Positions 8,301 to 14,671 of a DNA stretch of 18,998 nucleotides are shown piece after piece. The stretch covers positions 1-18,998 of the IMG/VR virus record IMGVR_UViG_3300037882_002350; one strand, given 5' to 3'. The DNA is from a virus (lineage: Duplodnaviria; Heunggongvirae; Uroviricota; Caudoviricetes). How positions within the stretch are numbered: position 1 is the stretch's first letter; each line of letters opens with the position of its first letter. Below the pieces are notes generated by a model. That model saw only the letters and a program-made list of their open reading frames with translations, was not told where the DNA came from and did not search any database. The position numbers were made by a program, and so were the translations under genes.

Positions 8301-9439
8301 GCTATGTTAAAACAGGTAAGACCCGCATAATTTTGAGTATTTCCGATATGCTGTAACCAAGTGACGGAAGCTTTATATCTTCTAGTTGGGTCAATAGATA
8401 TTTTTACCCCGCTCAATGAAGATAAGGTGCCACTATTCTGCCAACGGCCTCCCCAGAACGACGAGACGTCATAGGACATGTTATAGGCGGTCCAGAGAGC
8501 TGGGCCAGCCTCCATGTCGCCATTAGGTATTAGATTAGCCTTGGTATTTGAATAGCCTTTGGCCTCATCCCGATAGGCTGCCGATAAGGTTGAGGAGGTG
8601 GCGGCAGAAGAAGCACTAGCGGAGGCGTTCGTTGCCTGAGTAGTAGCGATGCCTGCTTGTGTAGCAGCGGTGTTCGCATGACCTGACGCTGTGGATGCAG
8701 AATTTGCAGCGTTGGTAGCGAATGTCGAGGATAGTGTCGCTTGGCTTGTAGCAGTAGCCCCTGCTGCGGTTGCTATCCCTGCTTGGGTTGTCGAGATACC
8801 GGCCTGTGTCGCTGAGGTAGCAGCATGAGTTGCGCTCAGACTAGCTTGAGTTGTGGCCGTTGAGGCACTAGCTGAGGCTGCTGCCGCTTGGCTTGTGGCA
8901 ATTCCTGCCTGAGTCGTGGCCGTGGTTGCATGTCCCGCTGATACCGACTGACTAGTTGCTGCTGCGGATGCTGCGTCTGTAGCTATTACAGCCTGACCGG
9001 TTGCCGTAGTAGCACTCCCCGCTGCGTTAGAAGCCGAAGTGGCAGCTGCATTTTTATGAGCTTCTGCTAGAGCTTCGTCAGCAGCCGCATTAGTACTGGC
9101 TGCTTGTGCTGCTATCTTTGCTAGTTCCGCATCCTCTAGTGCTGCTGCTGCTGCAATAGCACTAGCAAGCGCTCCACTAGCTGCATTTAAAGCTTCTTCT
9201 GCATCAGTAGCAGCTGCTGCTGCTGCGCTAAGCGCAGCTGCTGTATCAATAGCTGCAGATTCCGCTGCGATAACTGCTGCTGCTGCATCAGCAGCAGCAG
9301 CTTCAGACGTAATCACTGCTGTGCCTACGTCTGAAGTAATCTCTTCAATAATTGTTGTTGTTACAACAGGAATTGTGGTTCCTTTTTTTCCTTCATCTGT
9401 ATTATTAGGGAAAAAAGGTGAGAAATATGTTTGAGTCAT
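5306..9439 (-). CDS. Central tail fibre / host-specificity protein (1377 aa) with Ala/Thr-rich shaft, four globular inserts and a lambda-J-like C-terminus
   Basis: Follows the hub by an ATGA overlap. Long Ala/Thr/Ser heptad-like tracts alternate with four aromatic-rich domains of 160-180 aa. The C-terminus RVTITKDLIRVYDASNVLRVRLGIW is typical of J-type central fibres. Confidence 0.8.
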   Translation of the reverse strand: MTQTYFSPFFPNNTDEGKKGTTIPVVTTTIIEEITSDVGTAVITSEAAAADAAAAVIAAESAAIDTAAALSAAAAAATDAEEALNAASGALASAIAAAAALEDAELAKIAAQAASTNAAADEALAEAHKNAAATSASNAAGSATTATGQAVIATDAASAAATSQSVSAGHATTATTQAGIATSQAAAASASASTATTQASLSATHAATSATQAGISTTQAGIATAAGATATSQATLSSTFATNAANSASTASGHANTAATQAGIATTQATNASASASSAATSSTLSAAYRDEAKGYSNTKANLIPNGDMEAGPALWTAYNMSYDVSSFWGGRWQNSGTLSSLSGVKISIDPTRRYKASVTWLQHIGNTQNYAGLTCFNIAGDNLGNIYFDSVVGQTFNAGDGYTREQIYQGINTGLANPIYTTGGQFPPNTVAVAPIILSNFNSILPCLVDWVSFELFDITESHAATTQAGISTAQAAVATSAASTATTQATLSATYANRANAYSQTLALTPNAHFTENGLLWNDNYSLFDGGTTPSSGWQASFNGRTGVFTGPVGSSLQIAGKCFAIDPNRRYRVKTSVWTAGTNYAYTGLSFFDANKAWLGQRYGNSYILGVNGTWVDLTATFDGIGTGDTQIPSNAAYAMPFSWANTGGGSGTQGAIDYCYAEDVTESITAASSATIASTQAATATSAASTATTQASLSATYAGNAANSATTAGGHATTASTQAGIATTQAAIATAQASAAQISAVLSASIGMGSLNKNPTFADWAGGSGTYPANWADWAAGYDNVKVSGDIGGFAFRQIVVAGTSRGILQSITSMNGKKGNGYYVLEAEVTLESGSLESSAIFLGNSAGEFGSIKFSIEKEATTNSIVGAGSTGRKYKFTKLIQITSIVGVENNWLLYALSNWAGYGSNPAKTITWHLCSVRDATPAEIRDQIVLAPMEATVATHTSAIVTLSASAATQSTKLTAITNTVGRTGGLSMHPNPSFSDLSDAVPSYAATVWQDWFQTPTYQARSQGVVSPYAYRLLANANWTSGIATNSNYPMRPGWYVLECTFELIDGNLQGGGVYLSGKNSSGSEVETPSFALNSLKDTNGLTAYQGASPFRLMRTTQLFQMSNTNLTQYGVVLMLNWGGFGAQMYKYVDLHHLAVRPATASEIRDQTVLAPMEATVSTHASTLATHTSSIATLNSTVFTQGANISSQATAITTLQGTVGGHTTSIATLNSTVSTQGASISSQATAITTLEGTVGGHTSSIATLNSTVTTQGASIVTQATAITALNARTATYLNRVSAGSGVAEVELVALDSGGITTSAINLRASKISLGNLTDPALEIVGGVSTFKGELNVGGTSGARVTITKDLIRVYDASNVLRVRLGIW
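5585..5899 (-). repeat. Three tandem 105-bp (35-aa, five-heptad) repeats in the fibre
   Basis: HTSSIATLNSTVFTQGANISSQATAITTLQGTVGG, HTTSIATLNSTVSTQGASISSQATAITTLEGTVGG and HTSSIATLNSTVTTQGASIVTQATAITALNARTA, with His codons at 5899, 5794 and 5689. Confidence 0.92.
7169..8950 (-). repeat. Dispersed degenerate TQAGI[AS]T.QA...LSA..[YA] repeats in the fibre linkers
   Basis: About five copies (e.g. TTQAGIATSQA, ATQAGISTTQA, ATQAGIATTQA, TTQAGISTAQA, STQAGIATTQA) in the tracts 8537-8950, 7913-8050 and 7169-7426. Confidence 0.75.
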
Positions 9440-12400
9440 CCTTTAATAACCTTATGTCGAATCCAGTAGTATTTAACTACTCGACCGTTTATGCCTCCAA
9501 AAACATCTACAAAAGAATTTGTAGGCGTGGGAAGTGTTGTAATTAAATTAGCTGTTTGAACTACAATGTCCAAAGCTGTTCCATTTGATAGGCCTAAAAT
9601 AGGGCCACCTTTTGATTCGGATAAAGTGAACTGATTTGGAGCTGGGATTGATCTAACAAAATAACTTTTACCAGCTTCTAAATTATTCGCACTAGTTTGA
9701 CTAGTAATTAGTTCTCCTATTTTTAGTTCGTGACTAATTGTAGATGTTAATACATTTCCAACTATATTATCTATAGTAAGATAAAACTGTTGGGACGTAG
9801 AGCTATATAATTCAGTATATACATTTTTAGTATTTGCTAAAGCATTATTATTCCAGGTTAATTCTACTCCAGAATATGTTTCGTCTCCAGTATCTATACT
9901 AGAAGCTGTTAAATTTGTAGGACTTCCTATAGTAGTTATGGTACCACTTCCACCAGAACCAGATCCTGCTTGTCTACTTATGTTACTGATAGTATAAAAG
10001 CTATCATCATACTCTTCAGCAACAATGTCTACTGTACAATCCTGTTGGTGTGTAAGACTTATTATTCTAAATTTTTTACCTTCCCACCCGTATCGCGGAT
10101 ACTGAATCTGTATAACAGTACCAGACAGCAATAATAGCCCTCTAGGTGCTATGTTCATAGAAATAGTTAAACCAAAACGTGACCTATTTAAATATTTATC
10201 AGCTAATATTCTAGTATTATAATAATTAGTTATACCAGGTATAGAAATATTACCTTTTTTAGGTACATTTCTGTCAGATTTCAAGAATTCACTATTGAAA
10301 AAACTAATATTTTTTGACTCAAATTTATTACCTGGGTCCGCAAAAGCAGCTGTTAGCGAGTTAAAGGCACCTTTAGTACCTTCATCTGAAAGTCTTATTT
10401 TACCTATAATATGGTCAGAAGTTATGTTTCTAGGCTCGGAGTCCTCGACGCCTATTGCTCCTTCCGGTTCTTCTACACTTAGATAGTATTTACCCCCACT
10501 ATATGTGAGTATCCCTCCAAAATGTTCTAATAAGCTGTTTATATTATCGAATAATGGGAGAGATGTATCTATACTTAAGTTACCTTGATGTCTAGTAACG
10601 TATCTTTGACTAAATTCGTCCCATCCTAGGTATCTCCAGTAATTTATTTCATCGCAGTCATATAAAGAGTATCCTGATATCCTTGTACCATTTTTTGTAG
10701 CATGAATTGGGTTGCCAGTTACTGGCAAACTCAAAGTTACATCTCCAGTACTACTTACTAAGTCAATATTAGTACTTAAAAATTCTAAACCATTATTTAC
10801 ACCACTTGTATGGGTGGGTTCGGTGGTTTTAATTCCTGCATCAATAACTTTATACATTCTCGAGCCGCTATAGATTAACTCGTTTACTTTTAAAAATCTC
10901 CAGTTGTTCCATTGACTGGTTAGTTTTCCAATAACGTCAGTAAATTCAGTGTAACCATTTTCTGTACCTACAACAGTACCCTGCCATAAAATATCCCCTG
11001 TAGCAGGCCATCTATACTTATTATTTACTGAAGGGGTTGTTGCAGTATGTGCTACTGTAACGTTAGATCTTTCGTCACATTTTCTTCCAGCTTCTAACCA
11101 AGACTCTAGATTTAAATCATTAAAAATATCTAAACCTTTCCCGTAAGTATGCGAAGTCATATAGTCCAGAGTCTGCATAGCAAAGTTAATGCTCACTCTC
11201 TTATCAGAGTATGGAGGATATATTACAACAGTATCTCCAGCAGTAGGGGTTTGATCATAATCCCAAATATCATCAATTGTAGCTATTTTAGTAGTTCCGT
11301 TATATGCTATAATTTTTTTAATTTGAGTAGTTTGTTTATCACTAACAGAATCATATTTATATAGTGTTATGTAGTAGCCACTATAAAAGTTGTCTACGCT
11401 GCTGGAGCCAACTAATTTAATAGTATTTTTTGATGTAATGATTACATTATTACTTATAGCTTCATTGATTTCTATTAGAGCATCGCCTGCCGCATAAGGT
11501 ATATTTGTTGTAAATTGACCTGGTCCAGTATCTCTACCAGATAAAATTCTTCTGCCATTGAATATGTTTCCTTCAGAATAGGCATAGTCATCTACTTCAA
11601 AACCTATATAAGGAATATCATTTTGAATAGGATCTCCGCCTGAAAGGTTAGATCCACCAGTATAGTTAATAGCTATATAACCGGAATCATTAGCTACGGT
11701 AGTTGGGGTAGCTTCTATTTTTGAATCTACAACTCCTCGGAATTCCTCATAGTTCCATGTTACCATAGTCCATTTTTGATTACTAGTATTTTTCATATAG
11801 AACTTAGTAATATTAGGTACAGCATTTATATACCCCAAGTTAGGTGGAGTACTAAAACGGAAACGAGTATTTAAGGTTCCATCAGGATTTGAAAAAGTCC
11901 ATTTGTCTATAATTTGTACAGGAGAGCTAATAGCCACGTCTGACATATTGTATAAAGTAACGTATTCACCTAGTTTAAAGTTATCGGAAGATTCCCCCAA
12001 CTCCTTACTATAATGAGAATAACTAAAATCATAGTTATAGCAGTCTATATTTTTTCCTCTAAGTACAAATTCTAACTCTGGTATTGTTGTTTCGCCTTCT
12101 TCAATAATATACTTTACAACAACATACGCAGTATCTATTAATCTGTGATTTGGCCCCCAATATTCAGCTGTATCGGTTCCAGCCCAATAAGACATTTGAA
12201 TGTGAAAGTTTTCATTTTTCGCAATCTCAACTAACTGTGATGCGGCGCGCGCGCCAGATCGTCCTGAGAAAAAATCTATGTTTATTTTCTGCGGAGAAGT
12301 AAGAGCGATACTCTCCCCATCAATAACACCTTTACCTGTTGTACCCGCTAACGCTGCTGTGGGTTCGACATACGGCTGGTAGTTACTTAGTATAGTATAG

Positions 12401-13815
12401 TTATAATTAGAATCAGTATATAAGTACTCCCACCCTTCGTAATAGTTTATAGGAATACCTGCAGTAGACGTTGTGCCCCCCAGTACGTCGCCTCTATCTG
12501 CTCGACCTCTGCATACTAGTTCTACGGTGTTATCAGCGGTTTGGGCACTTCTAGCATCAAAATCACCTTTGTCGCTACAAATCAAGCTATTTCCATTTAT
12601 ATATATGTCATAGATACCACCTATTTCGCCTTCAGATAGCGCATAAACAACATACACTGTTGAACTATTATCATGTAGCGTATCCGCGAATACAGGAATA
12701 CCTTTGGTTGGTCTAACCCCGTAAATAACAGGTATAGATTTAGCTTGTAATTGAAAATCTAGTTCTGTTGTTCTATCTTCAGGTACAAAATATTTTTTAA
12801 CTTTAACTTTGCCACCAATACCTAAACCTAAGAATCCGTTTTTAACTTTAATATTTTGTTTTTCTACTTGAACAACATATGTAGATAGCATATTTAAAGA
12901 GGTTTCCGCATGAGCAAAACCTTTATCGTAAGCATATGCAGTTTTTAATGCAGATTGCGGTTGAGGTATCCCGTTAGCATCTAATGCTCTATGAAAGTCG
13001 TCTGAGGTAATTCTACCTTTAACTTGTGCAAAATCACCCCAGTGGCTTGTAAGCCCCCAAGTAACCTCGATGTTTTTTTCCGTATCGTCGAAAGATACAT
13101 TTGAGATAATGCCTTTAAATATAAGTACAGGAGTTCCAACTATTTGGCCTTGCTGATAGTAACCTCTATAAATAAATACCTCTCTATTTATAAAAGAAGC
13201 ATATTCAGGTACATTTTTATCTAAAAGGATACTTTTTATTTCTTCTGAAGATAAAGACATATTTACCGAACCCGTTCCCGGAGTCAATACATCGTCTATT
13301 TTAGATACTCTTATAGTATTATTAGCTCTGAAATTAACTATGTTAAATTCGCCTATATAAGAACCATCTAGAGTGATTTTATCACCTTCTCGAAAACCCG
13401 CACCTATTAAATTAGTTTCTAAAGGCCAAGCGATATCCCACGTAGATGGGTTAATTTGAGTTATTGTTATTGTTCCAGATACGAAAGCGCCTATACCATT
13501 ACCATCTAATGTAAGGTTAAAATTGTTAGCTTTAGCTTGGGTTTGCTCAGAAACAGAACCTACTTTCAAAACTTTATTAGCAATGTAAACCTGACTGCCG
13601 TTAGCAACACCATTTAAACTACTCGATCCATCGTCAAAATTAAGATCCCTACTAGCATCGGTTAAGTATGTATATCGTTCTTTAGATGTAGATACGCGCC
13701 CATTCGCATCAGGTCGCGAAGGACGTTCAAATTTTATTAAATGAGCATAAGAAAAAGGCTCATTGTTTAAGAGCATATTCTTTACGTCAATATGTACAGG
13801 TCTTTCGGTTAACAT
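9436..13815 (-). CDS. Baseplate hub / tail tip protein, T5 pb3-like, with multiple insertions (1459 aa)
   Basis: Blocks resemble T5 pb3 as recalled: DFAQVKGRITSDDFHRAL, ELDFQLQAKSIPVIYGV..GIPVFADT, VYVVYALSEGEI, YWRYLGW, FNSLTAAFADP, ITNYYNTR. It ends in an FnIII-like domain (SPTNLTAS...VELTW...YYWIRH). Start moved from 13902 to ATG 13815, downstream of AGGA. Confidence 0.88.
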   Translation of the reverse strand: MLTERPVHIDVKNMLLNNEPFSYAHLIKFERPSRPDANGRVSTSKERYTYLTDASRDLNFDDGSSSLNGVANGSQVYIANKVLKVGSVSEQTQAKANNFNLTLDGNGIGAFVSGTITITQINPSTWDIAWPLETNLIGAGFREGDKITLDGSYIGEFNIVNFRANNTIRVSKIDDVLTPGTGSVNMSLSSEEIKSILLDKNVPEYASFINREVFIYRGYYQQGQIVGTPVLIFKGIISNVSFDDTEKNIEVTWGLTSHWGDFAQVKGRITSDDFHRALDANGIPQPQSALKTAYAYDKGFAHAETSLNMLSTYVVQVEKQNIKVKNGFLGLGIGGKVKVKKYFVPEDRTTELDFQLQAKSIPVIYGVRPTKGIPVFADTLHDNSSTVYVVYALSEGEIGGIYDIYINGNSLICSDKGDFDARSAQTADNTVELVCRGRADRGDVLGGTTSTAGIPINYYEGWEYLYTDSNYNYTILSNYQPYVEPTAALAGTTGKGVIDGESIALTSPQKINIDFFSGRSGARAASQLVEIAKNENFHIQMSYWAGTDTAEYWGPNHRLIDTAYVVVKYIIEEGETTIPELEFVLRGKNIDCYNYDFSYSHYSKELGESSDNFKLGEYVTLYNMSDVAISSPVQIIDKWTFSNPDGTLNTRFRFSTPPNLGYINAVPNITKFYMKNTSNQKWTMVTWNYEEFRGVVDSKIEATPTTVANDSGYIAINYTGGSNLSGGDPIQNDIPYIGFEVDDYAYSEGNIFNGRRILSGRDTGPGQFTTNIPYAAGDALIEINEAISNNVIITSKNTIKLVGSSSVDNFYSGYYITLYKYDSVSDKQTTQIKKIIAYNGTTKIATIDDIWDYDQTPTAGDTVVIYPPYSDKRVSINFAMQTLDYMTSHTYGKGLDIFNDLNLESWLEAGRKCDERSNVTVAHTATTPSVNNKYRWPATGDILWQGTVVGTENGYTEFTDVIGKLTSQWNNWRFLKVNELIYSGSRMYKVIDAGIKTTEPTHTSGVNNGLEFLSTNIDLVSSTGDVTLSLPVTGNPIHATKNGTRISGYSLYDCDEINYWRYLGWDEFSQRYVTRHQGNLSIDTSLPLFDNINSLLEHFGGILTYSGGKYYLSVEEPEGAIGVEDSEPRNITSDHIIGKIRLSDEGTKGAFNSLTAAFADPGNKFESKNISFFNSEFLKSDRNVPKKGNISIPGITNYYNTRILADKYLNRSRFGLTISMNIAPRGLLLLSGTVIQIQYPRYGWEGKKFRIISLTHQQDCTVDIVAEEYDDSFYTISNISRQAGSGSGGSGTITTIGSPTNLTASSIDTGDETYSGVELTWNNNALANTKNVYTELYSSTSQQFYLTIDNIVGNVLTSTISHELKIGELITSQTSANNLEAGKSYFVRSIPAPNQFTLSESKGGPILGLSNGTALDIVVQTANLITTLPTPTNSFVDVFGGINGRVVKYYWIRHKVIKG

Positions 13816-13843
13816 TACAAAAATTTTCCTATTTATTAATAGA

Positions 13844-13869
13844 AATATCCGCCTATTAAAGCGGATATT
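13844..13869 (-). promoter_or_regulatory. Stem-loop in the 5' leader of the hub gene (possible attenuator or weak terminator)
   Basis: AATATCCGC (13844-13852) and GCGGATATT (13861-13869) with an 8-nt loop. On the - strand it is followed by UCUAUUAAU. Confidence 0.5.
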
Positions 13870-13886
13870 ATATCTAAATACAAGTG

Positions 13887-13915
13887 AGTATAGCAAGACC
13901 AAAACTTAAAGTCAA
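13887..13915 (-). promoter_or_regulatory. sigma70-type internal promoter upstream of the hub gene
   Basis: On the - strand: TTGACT (13915-13910), 17-nt spacer, TATACT (13892-13887), preceded by an A-rich tract (AAAAAATAAC). Confidence 0.78.
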
Positions 13916-13938
13916 GTTATTTTTTCGTCTAGGTATGC

Positions 13939-14670
13939 TTACGGCATAATCTCTTCCAGATCTAGAGAGAATTGGTATAGATTGTTAGTATCTAAACTGT
14001 ACTCTCTTAAGTCACTTCTTGCTATAACTCTAAATTTTGGTTTTATAAAATTAATTACAGAATTATCTGCTAAATTACGAGTAAGAGGGGGGCTAAAATG
14101 TATTCGCATTTCATTAAGTTCAGGTTGTGTAGTACTTGCTTGATACCTTGCATTAGTTTCAACTCTAGTTACTTTATAAGCTTTTAAGTGGTTAGTATTA
14201 CTTGTGTCAGTTATCGTAAACATATCTCCAGGACTTGCATAAGCTGGGAAATTTCCTCCGCAATCTAGCATCATACTAGTTATTCCAGATTCATAGCCTC
14301 CTTTGTTTCTAATAGTATTAGTTTCTGCGAAAGAAGCGAAAATTGCATTTTTTGGTTTAGAGTACTGAGGTAAAACCACAAAAAATGGGTCCCGTCTAGC
14401 ATTTCTAGAGGCCAGAAACGCGTCCACGGGATCAAATTGAAATCTAAACATTGGGTGGTATTTTATAGAAAAGCTCCAATATTGTACCTCCTGATCTCTA
14501 TGAACACCTCTTCCGCTGTTTGTTCTAGAGACTTGGGTTTCTCCATTAGAAATAAAATTAATAGCAGAAAAACCTGGTCCCGCAACACCAGTTGGATCAA
14601 TATCTCCTTGATCCGTAATTTTATTAATGGGATCAGGTAATATATCTGAAAAAAAGTTAAATGTTGCCAT
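13939..14670 (-). CDS. Distal tail protein (Dit), T5 pb9-like
   Basis: LPDP...GPGFSAINF, QYWSFSIKY, FFVVLPQY, GDMFTI...KAYKVT and LDLEE resemble T5 pb9 as recalled. It lies between tape measure and hub. Confidence 0.85.
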   Translation of the reverse strand: MATFNFFSDILPDPINKITDQGDIDPTGVAGPGFSAINFISNGETQVSRTNSGRGVHRDQEVQYWSFSIKYHPMFRFQFDPVDAFLASRNARRDPFFVVLPQYSKPKNAIFASFAETNTIRNKGGYESGITSMMLDCGGNFPAYASPGDMFTITDTSNTNHLKAYKVTRVETNARYQASTTQPELNEMRIHFSPPLTRNLADNSVINFIKPKFRVIARSDLREYSLDTNNLYQFSLDLEEIMP

Positions 14671-14671
14671 A

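Noticed and set aside
9420-9460. Programmed frameshift fusing hub and fibre into one J-like protein
   Set aside because: There is an in-frame TAA two codons before the fibre ATG and no X XXY YYZ slippery site at the junction. The ATGA overlap with an AAGG RBS is explained by translational coupling.
13816-13902. N-terminal extension of the hub in the ORF track (MVLLYSLVF...)
   Set aside because: It runs through the promoter and hairpin region. ATG 13815 has an RBS and matches the start of the pb3-like sequence.
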